Assembly (NCBI RefSeq): GCF_000305935.1
Contig: NC_018870.1
Span: forward strand, 55,942-79,941
Direction: 5' to 3'
DNA: 24,000 nt
Source: Thermacetogenium phaeum DSM 12270
Lineage (GTDB): Bacteria; Bacillota; DSM-12270; Thermacetogeniales; Thermacetogeniaceae
In this document: positions 1 to 9,169 of the stretch, one piece after another
Position numbering within the stretch: the stretch's first letter is position 1
Layout: the number at the start of each line of letters is the position of its first letter
Notes under the pieces: model-generated
Database searches by the model: none
What the model was told of the DNA's origin: nothing
What the model saw: only the letters and a program-made list of their open reading frames with translations
Made by a program: the position numbers and the translations under genes

Positions 1-2
1 CG

Positions 3-323
3 CTCTACGGGCACTCCCGCTCCCAGCGGGTTGTCAAGGAACCAGCTTTTCCGCCGGAGATTCTTTATCACGGTACCGCCAGGCGCTTTCTCCCCTCCAT
101 CAAGGAAAATGGCCTGCTGCCCGGAAGGCGGCAGTATGTTCATCTCTCGGTGGATGTGCCGACCGCCCTGGAGGTCGGCCGGCGGCATGACAGCAGGCCT
201 GTAATCCTCAGGGTTTGGGCCCGCAGGGCGTGTGATGCCGGGGTCAAGTTCTTCCTGGGCAATGACCGGATATGGCTGGCGGAGGCCGTTCCTGCAGGGT
301 ATCTTGAGTTTCCACAAGGTTGA
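3..323 (+). CDS. kptA: RNA 2'-phosphotransferase (Tpt1/KptA family), C-terminal part, truncated by the window edge
   Basis: Open frame from base 3 not in the supplied ORF list: LYGHSRSQRVVKEPAFPPEILYHGTARRFLPSIKENGLLPGRRQYVHLSVDVPTALEVGRRHDSRPVILRVWARRACDAGVKFFLGNDRIWLAEAVPAGYLEFPQG*. The LYHGTA...I..GL.P..R.YVHLS pattern is typical of KptA. Confidence 0.9.
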   Translation, partial: LYGHSRSQRVVKEPAFPPEILYHGTARRFLPSIKENGLLPGRRQYVHLSVDVPTALEVGRRHDSRPVILRVWARRACDAGVKFFLGNDRIWLAEAVPAGYLEFPQG

Positions 324-493
324 TCCTACACCGCCTGCTGCCGGCCGGCTTGCGGTTGCGGAATTTCTCCCGTTTTTAGGCGCCGGCACCCTGCCCTCGT
401 GCCCGGGACAATTGTGTAGTACTCTTAGCATACTTGAGAAAACGCTTTTTCGCAAGTCCAGGATTTCTATTTGTGCTGCGGGGAGGGAATGTC

Positions 494-3214
494 GTGGATG
501 GCAGGAAGAGGCTTGTCCGGCTGCTGTTTGTGGTGCTGGCGCTGGTTCTAGGCGACAGGGCTCTTAATGTCTGGGCGGATTACGAGTGGTTCAAGTCCCT
601 TGGTTACCAGGGAGTTTTCTGGACGCTGTTCTCGACGCGCTTTGTGGTGGGTGCCGCCGTTTTCCTGGTCCTCTTCGCCTTCTTCCAGCTCAACTTCAGA
701 TGCCTCCGGCGCTGCCTGCCGCCGCACCGGGTTTACGACCTCCACGGTGGCCGGATTTTGGCGGCGATGGTGAACCCCCTGCACCGCCTTATTACCTCCG
801 ATGCCGGCAAATATCTCTTTACCGTCTTGAGCGTCGCCTTATCCCTTATCTACGCCGTGAGCCTCGGCGCCCGCTTTGAGGTGATTCAGAAATTCGTCTA
901 TGCGGTGCCCTTCGGGCGAACCGACCCCATTTTCGGCCGAGACGCTGCCTTTTATGTCTTCAAACTGCCCTTTTACGAACTCCTTCAGTCGTCCCTGGCC
1001 TCGGCTTTTATTGTGGCGCTTTTTCTCTGCGCTTTTGTTTACCTTCTGCTGGCTTCGGGCGAATTTCTGCACGGGGGATGGCGTTTCTTTTCCCCGGTCA
1101 AGCTGCACCTAGGCTCTCTCATCGCCGGCCTCCTGGTTTTGAAGGCCTGGGACTACCACCTGTCCGTCTACCGTCTCCTCGTCGGCGGGAGCGGTGCCTT
1201 CCCCGGCGCCGGTTACACCGATATTCATGCCCGCCTCCCGGCATATCAGATTCTGGCGGTGCTGGCCGTGTTGGTCGCCGTTCTGGTCTTCGTCGGCATC
1301 TTTAAGGGGAGGGTTCTCCCGGTTGCCGCCGGAGCGGCCGTGCTGGCGGCGGCCTCCCTTCTTCTGGGTGCGGTTTATCCCGCCTTTGTGCAGAAATTTC
1401 AGGTGGAGCCCAATGAGTTCGCCCGGGAGGAGCCCTACATCGAGTACGGCCTTGACGCCACCCGCTTCGCCTTCGGGTTGGATGACGTCAGAAGCGTCAG
1501 TACGGCGGCGGCGGATGCCGGAGCAGGTGGGTTGGATGGGGAGACGCTGGAGAAGAGCGCAGGCCTCCTCCGCAATCTGCGCCTCTGGGACTTCCGCCCC
1601 CTGCAGCAGGTTTACAATCAGCTGCAGCAGCTGCGCCGCTACTACGTTTTTGCCGACGTGGACGTCGACCGCTACCGCCTGGGGGATCAATACCGCCAGG
1701 TGATGCTGGCGGTGCGGGAGCTGAACCAGGAGAATCTCCCCGAGCGCGCCGGAACCTGGGTGAACCGCCGGCTCCAGTACACCCACGGCTACGGGGTGGT
1801 GATGAGTCCGGCCAACGAGGTCACCGACGCCGGCCTTCCGGTGATGCTGCTTAAGAACATCCCACCTGCTGCCTCCTCACCGGAAATCGAGGTGAAGCGC
1901 CCGGAGATCTACTTCGGGGAGCTGACCGGCAACATGGTAGTGGTCAATACCAGGGCGGGGGAATTCAGCCACCCCTCCGGGGAAAGGAATGTTTACACCA
2001 ACTACGAGGGGCAGGGTGGTGTCAGGCTCACCCCTATCAAGCGCCTGCTCTACGCCCTGCACTTCCGCGACTTGCGCCTGCTCCTAAGCTCCGAGATCAC
2101 TCCCCAGAGCCGCATTCTCTACAACCGCACCGTTCAGGATGCCAGGCGCCTCGCCCCCTATCTCCGGTATGACGGGGACCCTTATCCGGTGGTGGACGGG
2201 GGGCGTATCTACTGGATCCTGGATGCCTATACGGTTGCCGGTCACTACCCCTACTCCGCTGCCAGAAATGGGATCAACTACGTCCGCAACTCGGTGAAGG
2301 TGGTTGTAGATGCCTACGAAGGGGATATTTCCTTTTACACCAGCGACCCCTCCGACCCGGTGGTCGGAACCTACAGCAGGATCTACCCCGGCCTTTACCG
2401 GCCTCTGTCGGAGATGCCTGCCGGCCTGCGAGCGCACCTGCGCTATCCTGAGGACCTTTTTAAGATGCAGGCGGACGTCTTTGCCGAATACCACGTCCGG
2501 GATGCCCGGGTTTTCTACAACAGGGAGGATGAGTGGGAGGTCCCTAAAGAGAAGTACTCCGATGCCAGCCGGCAGATGGAGCCCTACTATGTGATCATGC
2601 AGCTCCCCGGGGAAGAGGAGGAGGAGTTCCTGCTGATCCTCCCCTTTACTCCGATGAAGAGGGGGAATGCCGTGGCCTGGCTGGCGGCCCGCTGCGACGG
2701 GGAGCACTACGGTGAGCTCGTTCTGGACGTCTTTCCCAAAGATGTGCACGCCTACGGACCCATGCAGGTAGAGGCCAGCATCGACCAGGACGCCGACATC
2801 TCCGCCCAGCTTACCCTCTGGAACCAGCACGGTTCCCAGGTGATCCGGGGAAATCTGCTTACCGTCCCCCTGGCCGGCAAGCTCCTCTACGTCAAGCCCC
2901 TCTTTCTCCAGGCCGAGGAGAGCGCCATGCCGGAGCTGATCCGGGTGATCGCTTTCTACGACGGGAGGGTGGTTATGGAAAAGGATCTGCAGGGAGCGCT
3001 GGACAGGCTCTTCGGCCGGGCCGAACAGCCCCCGGAGCAGGGAGCCGCAACGCCGCAGGCTCCGGGAGATTCCTCCGCTCTTGCCCGGAGGGCCTGGCAG
3101 CTCTATCAGGAGGCCGGCGAGCGCCTCCGCGCCGGAGACTGGTCGGGTTACGGCAAGGCCATCGAGGAGTTAGGCCAGGTGCTGAAGGAGATGGCTGGGG
3201 AAACCGGCCGGTAG
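494..3214 (+). CDS. UPF0182 (COG1615) family large membrane protein
   Basis: Long ORF listed from 434. N-terminal TM segments, then YIEYGLDATRFAFGLDDV, QLQQLRRYYVFADVDVDRYR, TYTNYEGQGGV-like and YPEDLFKMQADVFAEYHV motifs typical of UPF0182. Likely GTG start at 494 behind GGGAGGG (481-487). Confidence 0.92.
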   Translation: MDGRKRLVRLLFVVLALVLGDRALNVWADYEWFKSLGYQGVFWTLFSTRFVVGAAVFLVLFAFFQLNFRCLRRCLPPHRVYDLHGGRILAAMVNPLHRLITSDAGKYLFTVLSVALSLIYAVSLGARFEVIQKFVYAVPFGRTDPIFGRDAAFYVFKLPFYELLQSSLASAFIVALFLCAFVYLLLASGEFLHGGWRFFSPVKLHLGSLIAGLLVLKAWDYHLSVYRLLVGGSGAFPGAGYTDIHARLPAYQILAVLAVLVAVLVFVGIFKGRVLPVAAGAAVLAAASLLLGAVYPAFVQKFQVEPNEFAREEPYIEYGLDATRFAFGLDDVRSVSTAAADAGAGGLDGETLEKSAGLLRNLRLWDFRPLQQVYNQLQQLRRYYVFADVDVDRYRLGDQYRQVMLAVRELNQENLPERAGTWVNRRLQYTHGYGVVMSPANEVTDAGLPVMLLKNIPPAASSPEIEVKRPEIYFGELTGNMVVVNTRAGEFSHPSGERNVYTNYEGQGGVRLTPIKRLLYALHFRDLRLLLSSEITPQSRILYNRTVQDARRLAPYLRYDGDPYPVVDGGRIYWILDAYTVAGHYPYSAARNGINYVRNSVKVVVDAYEGDISFYTSDPSDPVVGTYSRIYPGLYRPLSEMPAGLRAHLRYPEDLFKMQADVFAEYHVRDARVFYNREDEWEVPKEKYSDASRQMEPYYVIMQLPGEEEEEFLLILPFTPMKRGNAVAWLAARCDGEHYGELVLDVFPKDVHAYGPMQVEASIDQDADISAQLTLWNQHGSQVIRGNLLTVPLAGKLLYVKPLFLQAEESAMPELIRVIAFYDGRVVMEKDLQGALDRLFGRAEQPPEQGAATPQAPGDSSALARRAWQLYQEAGERLRAGDWSGYGKAIEELGQVLKEMAGETGR

Positions 3215-3255
3215 CCTGGGGTATTAATAATACCCGGCGGGATGAGGAATCATAA

Positions 3256-3483
3256 GTGGAAAAAGAGGGGTTGATCCATTTGGATAGCGGAAGGGCAAAG
3301 GAGATTGTGGAGTCGCTGGGGGTTGTTGAGGTGCTGTACAACGGTTTCCCCGTCTGGATCGAACGGCTGAACGGGGATACGGCAGAGGTGCGCTTTCTGG
3401 AAACCGGGGGGCGGCTGGAGGTGCCGGTGACGGAGCTGGTGGAAGGTGGGTCCCTCGGGGAAGAGGGGCCGGGCGGCCCATAA
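3256..3483 (+). CDS. sspH: Small acid-soluble spore protein, H-type
   Basis: GTG start, 75 aa. SGRAKEIVESLGVVEVLYNGFPVWIERLNGDTAEVRFLETGGRLEVPVTELVEG matches the SspH pattern (RAKEI.....V.V.YNG.PVWIE...A.V......VPV.EL.E). Confidence 0.87.
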   Translation: MEKEGLIHLDSGRAKEIVESLGVVEVLYNGFPVWIERLNGDTAEVRFLETGGRLEVPVTELVEGGSLGEEGPGGP

Positions 3484-3538
3484 TGCGGAAATATTCTTGG
3501 TGGGCTGTTCCGAATCTTAAAAAACAAGGGGTTGTGGA

Positions 3539-3583
3539 AAATTCGCTCCCGGGCAGGGGAACTCGCCCGGGAGCGAATTTTTT
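3539..3583 (+). terminator. Strong Rho-independent terminator
   Basis: 16-bp perfect stem AAATTCGCTCCCGGGC (3539-3554) / GCCCGGGAGCGAATTT (3565-3580), 10-nt loop, followed by T-run. Confidence 0.9.
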
Positions 3584-3617
3584 AAGAGCGACCTTAACGG
3601 CGTGTTCGGCCGGCAGG

Positions 3618-3900
3618 AAAGGGGTTGTCTCTCACGGCGCGGCGACCTTCAGGAGGTTGCTGCTCGTCCTTGACGGAGAAGCCCAGGCAGGAGGCCGAAT
3701 CGACAAGGGATGTAGAGACGGGTGTTCTCCGGTTGCGGGGACGAAAAGCCGGTCGGCTGCCGGCGGACACAAGTTTTTGTTGTGAATTAAACTGAAGATC
3801 CAGGAACGAGCGGCAAGAGGGAACCGGAACGTATTCTCAGGGAAAGTCGAATAAAATGTATTTGGAGAAGGACTTCCCCCGCTCTGCCGAGAATTAATCT
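3618..3900 (+). ncRNA. Candidate structured ncRNA, copy A (family not identified; strand assigned by orientation of surrounding genes)
   Basis: Intergenic block without convincing ORF; aligned blocks shared with 9170-9460. Stem GCGGCGACCT(3639-3648)/AGGTTGCTGC(3654-3663), helix GGCCGA(3693-3698)/TCGGCT(3753-3758), helix ATTCTC(3833-3838)/GAGAAT(3889-3894). Confidence 0.65.
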
Positions 3901-3999
3901 GCGGATTTCAGTTCCGCCGGATGGCTGGGCTGAAACCGAAAAGGGGCAGTTATATATTTACCAGAGGATGCTTGTTGTTGCAGGAGGGGTCGATAGGCT

Positions 4000-4866
4000 G
4001 TGGGTGGCTATCGGTTTCAGTCCGGGGTGTTCCTCGTCCTCTTTTCCGGCATCTGTTACGGTTTTATGCCGATTATCGCCATCTATGCCTACCAGGGCGG
4101 AGCTACGGCGACCACGCTGGCCTTTCTGCGCGCCGCGTTGGCGGCGGTTCTTTTTATTGTCTACCTGTTCTGGAGAGGCTTTCCGTCGAACGTTAACAGA
4201 AGGGCCGTTCTTATACTTTTAGCGGTTGGCGCCTTTGTGCAGCCCCTGGAGTCTTTCTGCTATGTGGCGGCCCTCCAGTACATCTCCGCCGGTCTGACCG
4301 TGCTCATCTTCTACACCTATCCAGCCTGGGTGGCAATCTGGGGTCTTCTTTTTCGCTGGGAAAGGCTGTCGCTGCGCAAGGGCATTGGGATTGCTGTTGC
4401 CAGCGCCGGTCTCGTTCTGGTCGTGGGCACCTCCCTGGGCCGGGTGAATGCTTACGGCGTCCTTCTCGCCATCACTGCCGCACTGGGCTGTTCTTTTTAT
4501 GTCATCTTCTCCAAAAGGGCGATCAGGGATGTAGGCCCCCTTTACGCTTCAACCATCATGTCCGTCTCCACGGCTGTAACGCTGGGAGTCATCGGAGCCG
4601 CAGCAGGCGGCCTTTCCTTCGGGATGCAACCGCTGGGCTGGTTGATGGCGCTGCTCTGTGCGGTGGTCACCGTCAATCTTGCCCTCTTGGCTTTTCTGGC
4701 GGGGCTCAAGATCGTGGGTTCCACCACTGCGTCCATCCTCTGCATGACGGAGCCCCTGACGACGGTCGTCTTCTCCGCCATCCTCTTTTCCCAGCACCTG
4801 ACTGCCAGCCAGCTCCTTGGCGGTCTGGTGATCCTTGCCGGCGCCGTCCTGGTGGTGAAGGGGTGA
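4000..4866 (+). CDS. EamA/DMT-family transporter
   Basis: 288 aa hydrophobic protein; GTG start behind AGGAGGGG (3982-3989). Motifs AALRAALAAVLFIVYLFWRG, YPAWVAIWG, STTASILCMTEPLTTVVFSAILF, QLLGGLVILAGAVLVV. Confidence 0.9.
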   Translation: MGGYRFQSGVFLVLFSGICYGFMPIIAIYAYQGGATATTLAFLRAALAAVLFIVYLFWRGFPSNVNRRAVLILLAVGAFVQPLESFCYVAALQYISAGLTVLIFYTYPAWVAIWGLLFRWERLSLRKGIGIAVASAGLVLVVGTSLGRVNAYGVLLAITAALGCSFYVIFSKRAIRDVGPLYASTIMSVSTAVTLGVIGAAAGGLSFGMQPLGWLMALLCAVVTVNLALLAFLAGLKIVGSTTASILCMTEPLTTVVFSAILFSQHLTASQLLGGLVILAGAVLVVKG

Positions 4867-5592
4867 CTACTGCTCTAAGGCGGCGATGACCTCTTCGTCG
4901 GTAGTCTGCCGAAAATCCTCGTAGAACTGCCCCACTGCGTAAAAGGCTGCGGGGGCGTGGAGGCAGATGAGGTCGTCTACGAGCAGGCGCAGTTCGGCGA
5001 CGGCCTCCCTGGAGGCTACCGGCACCGCCAGGACGAGGGCCGCCGGTTCCTGTTTGCGGAGCGATTGCAGGGCGGCTTTTACCGTCATGCCTGTGGCAAT
5101 TCCGTCGTCGATGAGGATCACCGTTTTCTCCCGGCAGTCGAGGGCGCCCCGCCCCCTCCGGTAGTAGCGGCTGCGCCGTTCCATTTCTTTCCTCTCCCGC
5201 TCGATCTGCTCCTGAAGGTCGCTCTTCGTTAAGTTCAACAAGGACAGGGCGCGTTCGTCGAAGATCACCGCACCGTCGGGAGCTGCTGCCCCTATGGCCA
5301 GTTCCTCGTTGAAGGGAGCCCCGATCTTGCGGGGAATTATCACGTCGAGGGGGGCCTGCAGGGCCCTGGCCACTTCTGCTGCCACGATTACTCCACCGCG
5401 AGGAATGCCAAGTACGAGCACATTTTTCCCCCTGTAATGAGTTAATTCTTCGGCCAACCTCTTGCCCGCATCCCTGCGGTCTAAAAAAACCAGCTTACTC
5501 ACCTCCACAGGACAGCTGCCGGTTGCCGAGGGGCCAGATCCCGGAAGACCTGACGCCGGAGGCTGTTTTTCCGCCCCCTGGCCAGGCGGCAA
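4867..5592 (-). CDS. Phosphoribosyltransferase family protein
   Basis: PRTase core LVLGIPRGGVIVAAEVARAL and the PRPP-binding loop VILIDDGIATGMTVKAALQSL. The true start may be an internal GTG at 5502 (VSKLVFLDRRDAG...). Convergent with the EamA gene, stop codons abutting. Confidence 0.88.
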   Translation of the reverse strand: MPPGQGAEKQPPASGLPGSGPSATGSCPVEVSKLVFLDRRDAGKRLAEELTHYRGKNVLVLGIPRGGVIVAAEVARALQAPLDVIIPRKIGAPFNEELAIGAAAPDGAVIFDERALSLLNLTKSDLQEQIERERKEMERRSRYYRRGRGALDCREKTVILIDDGIATGMTVKAALQSLRKQEPAALVLAVPVASREAVAELRLLVDDLICLHAPAAFYAVGQFYEDFRQTTDEEVIAALEQ

Positions 5593-5807
5593 CTGCCCTC
5601 TCTTTTGAAACTATTGTAGCAGCGCCCGGCGGCCGCCTCAAGACTAAAACACCGGACTGTTGAGTCGGAAGTCGCTGGCCGGGGTGCCCTTCCCCGGGCT
5701 TCCTGCCAGGGCTCCCCGGGACCACTGCTGCTGCAGGCAGGCGGGGGAAAGAGCCGCCCCTTTATTGCATAAAGATTAGGGATCACCATTAAAGGGGGTG
5801 CTTCCTT

Positions 5808-6080
5808 TTGGAGCCGCTGGATGCTCTGCAAACCCTTATCTTCATGTCGGTGGTGGTGGAAGCATTGACGGCAATTTTTCGCCGCTTCGTCAGCAAGAAG
5901 GCCTCGGAACTGGTGACGATTCTGGTCGGGATCACCCTTTGCTGCGCCTACGAGGTGGGCATTTTCAGCAGCCTGGGGCTCACGACCAGCTATCCTCTGG
6001 TCGATTACTGCGTTTCCGGGATTATTATATCCCAGGGTTCCAACGCCTTATCCGGGCTTTTTCGCCTGCGCTACAAGTGA
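5808..6080 (+). CDS. Small conserved membrane protein (function unknown)
   Basis: TTG start with strong AAAGGGGGTG Shine-Dalgarno (5791-5800). 90 aa with hydrophobic segments. Confidence 0.7.
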   Translation: MEPLDALQTLIFMSVVVEALTAIFRRFVSKKASELVTILVGITLCCAYEVGIFSSLGLTTSYPLVDYCVSGIIISQGSNALSGLFRLRYK

Positions 6081-6257
6081 GCTCGTTGACAAATTTCCAG
6101 AAATCGGTTAAGCTAAGAGCCAGCATAATGCGGCGCCCTCCGGCTGTGGAAAGCGGGCAGGGGCTGCGGCGATCCCTGAATGCTTTCTCCAGGCTTTAGG
6201 GACAACCCGGCCTGCCTGTCGCCTATCGGCCGGGACGGGACGAATGGGGGGAGAGAG

Positions 6258-6971
6258 ATGAATCTTCTCGACGGAATCATCCTTATTCTTCTGGCTGCAG
6301 GTGCTCTGAGCGGTTACCGGCGCGGGCTTATCGGCGCAGCAGCCTCTTTCTTGGGGTTCCTGGGAGGGATCTGGCTGGCCGGCCACTATTACATCCCTTT
6401 GGCCGGCATCCTGGAGCAGCGCCTTGGTTTGGAGGAGCTCTTCACCCGCATCCTCTTTCCCTTCTGCGCCGGAATCCCCGTCAGCGGTGGGGAGCCTCTT
6501 TTGAATCCTGTGCCGGGTGCGGATGTCCCCGGTTTTCCGCCTTCCCTCTGGGAACCGGTGCAGGCGTTGAATCTGGGCATCGGCGGTGTTGCCATCGCCC
6601 GCACGCTGGCTGACAGCCTGGTAAAGCTGTTGGCCTTCTTCCTCATCTATGCCCTGGCCTCCTTTACCCTGGGTTCGCTGGCGGGCTTCTTGGGCGGAAT
6701 CTGCACCAGAATTGCCGGGCTGTTCCTGCTGGGGGGTGTGAACAGATTGGGAGGCCTGGCCTTGGGGCTGGTGACCAGCGCCCTCTTCGTGGCCGTTGCG
6801 GTGGGGATGCTGACCCCTTTCATCTTCGGTCTCACCCTGGGCCTACCGGCAGCCGAGGGGCTGCGCCAGGCGCTTCTCAACAACTGGAATGCCTCACTGC
6901 TAATACCTTATTTCACCAGAAGCTGGGGAGCGATCGCCTTGGTGCTGGCGCGCCTCTTTCGAATGGTCTAA
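6258..6971 (+). CDS. CvpA family membrane protein
   Basis: MNLLDGIILILLAAGALSGYRRGLIGAAASFLGFLGGIWLAGHYY... typical CvpA N-terminus. ATG 6258 follows GGGGGGAGAGAG. Confidence 0.85.
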   Translation: MNLLDGIILILLAAGALSGYRRGLIGAAASFLGFLGGIWLAGHYYIPLAGILEQRLGLEELFTRILFPFCAGIPVSGGEPLLNPVPGADVPGFPPSLWEPVQALNLGIGGVAIARTLADSLVKLLAFFLIYALASFTLGSLAGFLGGICTRIAGLFLLGGVNRLGGLALGLVTSALFVAVAVGMLTPFIFGLTLGLPAAEGLRQALLNNWNASLLIPYFTRSWGAIALVLARLFRMV

Positions 6972-7248
6972 ACTGGCAGGAGGGCAGCCGAAGTGTTTCG
7001 CAGGCGGGCGGTGAGTAGTATAATAAGGATAAACCGGCGGGTAATCGCCAACCCCCGGGCCTGCCGGAGGCCGGCGGCTGCGGCGGCGAACCGGGCGTTC
7101 GGCTACTCCAGCTCTAAAACCGGTGGGCAAGACCCGGCGTTCCGTCCGGGAAGGAAGGCTTTTTTTAGCGATGAAGGAGCTGCACAATTTTTTGAAGACA
7201 ATTTTTTGAAGGGGGCAGTCCTCGCCCTGAAAAAGGGGGGAGCACAAG

Positions 7249-8307
7249 GTGCCGAAAGAGCAAGAAACCATCAGATTGACCCGCTTTGCCCGCTACTCCG
7301 GTTGAGCGGCCAAACTGGGGCCGGGTGCCCTGGAGGAAATACTGGCCGGGCTGCCGCGCTTTGAACATCCCGACCTTTTGGTCGGCACTGGGATACCCGA
7401 TGATGCCGGGGTTTACCGCCTGCGGCCGGATCTCGCCTTGGTGCAGACGGTGGATTTCTTCACACCGGTGGTGGACGACCCCTACTGGTTCGGCCAGGTG
7501 GCTGCGGCCAATGCCTTGAGCGACATCTACGCCATGGGGGCAACCCCCTTGACGGCCTTGAACTTGGTTGCCTTTCCCTCCTGCAAGCTGGGCCCGGAAG
7601 TGCTCCGCGCCATCCTCAAGGGGGGGTGCGACAAGGTGGCCGAGGCGGGTGCGCTGGTGCTGGGCGGGCATTCCGTTGAGGATGATGAGCCCAAGTACGG
7701 GCTGGCGGTGACCGGCGTCGTCCATCCCGCGGAAGTCGTCACCAACAGCGGTGCCTGCCCCGGGGATTTCCTCATCCTTACCAAACCGCTGGGGACGGGG
7801 GTGATGGTGACGGCCCTGAAGGGAGGCCTCCTCACTCCCGACGAAGAGAGGAAGCTGGCGGAGGTGATGGCCTTGCTCAACGCCCCCGCCGCAGAAGCCA
7901 TGCGCCTGGTGGGCGTCCATGCCTGCACCGATATCACGGGATTCGGCCTGCTCGGACACCTGCGGGAAATGGCCGTCAACAGCGGTGTGGATGTGGAAAT
8001 AGAGCTCGCTTCCCTCCCGCTGCTTCCAAAGGCGAAGAAGTTTGCGGAGGAAGGGCTGATTCCCGGAGGTGCCTACAGAAACAAGGAGTATCTCAAGGAC
8101 CATGTGGAGATCGGCGGCCGGATCTCTCCTGCCGAGGAGGACCTCCTCTATGACCCGCAGACATCCGGGGGGCTGCTTATCGCCGTCTCCGGAGAAAAGC
8201 GGGAGCAGCTGCTTTCCGCTCTGCGGGAAAAAGGGGTTGCTTCCCCTCGTGCCGTCGGACGGGTTACGGGAAGGGGAAAGGGCAGGATTCTGGTGCGGGG
8301 GGTTTAA
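7249..8307 (+). CDS. selD: Selenide, water dikinase, selenocysteine-containing (in-frame TGA at 7303-7305)
   Basis: GTG at 7249 behind GGGGGGAG: (M)[57 protein letters not shown]..., same frame as the listed ORF 7378-8307 (VQTVDFFTPVVDDPYWFGQVAAANALSDIYAMGA, typical SelD). Confidence 0.95.
7315..7333 (+). promoter_or_regulatory. Candidate bacterial SECIS hairpin
   Basis: CTGGGGC (7315-7321) pairs with GCCCTGG (7327-7333), with G-U wobbles; loop CGGGT contains GG. It starts 9 nt downstream of the TGA, and the apical loop is within the usual bacterial SECIS distance. Confidence 0.75.
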
Positions 8308-8344
8308 GGCGAGTCTTTTAAAAAAACGAGAGGAGGGAGTTGCC

Positions 8345-8932
8345 TTGTCGGAGGAAGGTGTGTTTGTGGATGCCCGCGGGCTTTCCTGCCCCCAGCCGGT
8401 GATCATGACCAGGAAAGCCCTGGAGTCGGCCGCTGAGGGGAGGGTGACGGCTGTCGTCGATAATGAAGTCGCCAGAGATAACATCGTGAAGATGGCCCGC
8501 TCGCTCTCCTGTGAGGTAGACATCGACAGGGCGGGGAGCGATTATTACATCCACATTACCAGGCCGGAGCACTTCTCCACCCGACTGCAGAGACAGGAAA
8601 CACAACTCTTTGTGTTTTCCTCAGACTGCCTGGGCCGGGGGAGTGAAGAGCTCGGGCGGACCCTGATGAAGAACTTCTTCTATTCCCTGTGCGAGCAGGG
8701 AGGATTGGGCAAGGTCCTGATATTCTTAAACGGCGGGGTCAGGCTGACCTGTACCGGGTCACCGGTGCTGGATTATCTCATCGAGCTTCAGCAAGACGGC
8801 GCCGCCATTCTCACCTGCGGCACCTGCCTGGACTATTACCAGCTGCGTTCCAGCCTGGGTGTGGGCGAGGTCACTAACATGTACGCCATTGTCGAATACC
8901 TTCAGCAATGCCCCCGTGTTGTTTTTCTTTAA
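8345..8932 (+). CDS. yedF: Sulfurtransferase-like selenium metabolism protein YedF (TusA-like + DsrE-like domains)
   Basis: VDARGLSCPQPVIMTRKAL (TusA CPxP motif), ...TCGTCLDYY... C-terminal domain. Located directly after selD. TTG start behind GAGGAGGGA. Confidence 0.92.
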   Translation: MSEEGVFVDARGLSCPQPVIMTRKALESAAEGRVTAVVDNEVARDNIVKMARSLSCEVDIDRAGSDYYIHITRPEHFSTRLQRQETQLFVFSSDCLGRGSEELGRTLMKNFFYSLCEQGGLGKVLIFLNGGVRLTCTGSPVLDYLIELQQDGAAILTCGTCLDYYQLRSSLGVGEVTNMYAIVEYLQQCPRVVFL

Positions 8933-9133
8933 CAACTGAAGGGGGATGGCTTCGTTGTTCTCAAGAGGGGAGCTCCCCGTTGAAAGGACGCTCTCCTCAT
9001 ATTTTCCCTTATCGTCGCCGGCTTCGCCTCGTGGAGAACGCCGTCCGGTGGTGCCGTGCCGGGAGCGGCAGGCGGCGCTTCGGATGCGCCGGTCAGCTCC
9101 CTAAACCCTCAAACAGGAAGGATTCTATTCTAT

Positions 9134-9166
9134 AGACCACCATGCTGCCATCGGCGGCACCAACAT
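9134..9166. repeat. Copy 1 of 33-bp imperfect direct repeat containing a hairpin
   Basis: AGACCACCATGCTGCCATCGGCGGCACCAACAT; 27/33 identical to 9408-9440. Contains GCTGCC/GGCGGC hairpin. Confidence 0.75.
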
Positions 9167-9169
9167 AGG

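Noticed and set aside
3921-4222. Short plus-strand ORFs 3921..4196 and 3968..4222
   Set aside because: They overlap the better-supported EamA gene in other frames and do not resemble proteins.
6990-7170. Possible cobalamin riboswitch or tRNA-Sec before selD
   Set aside because: A few short matches (GGTG.GCAA, GGGAAGG) but the full B12-box order is missing, and no tRNA cloverleaf or T-arm GGTTCGA is present.
7165-8523. 452-aa minus-strand ORF
   Set aside because: Entirely antisense to selD/yedF, which are well-supported on the plus strand; low-complexity GC-rich shadow ORF.
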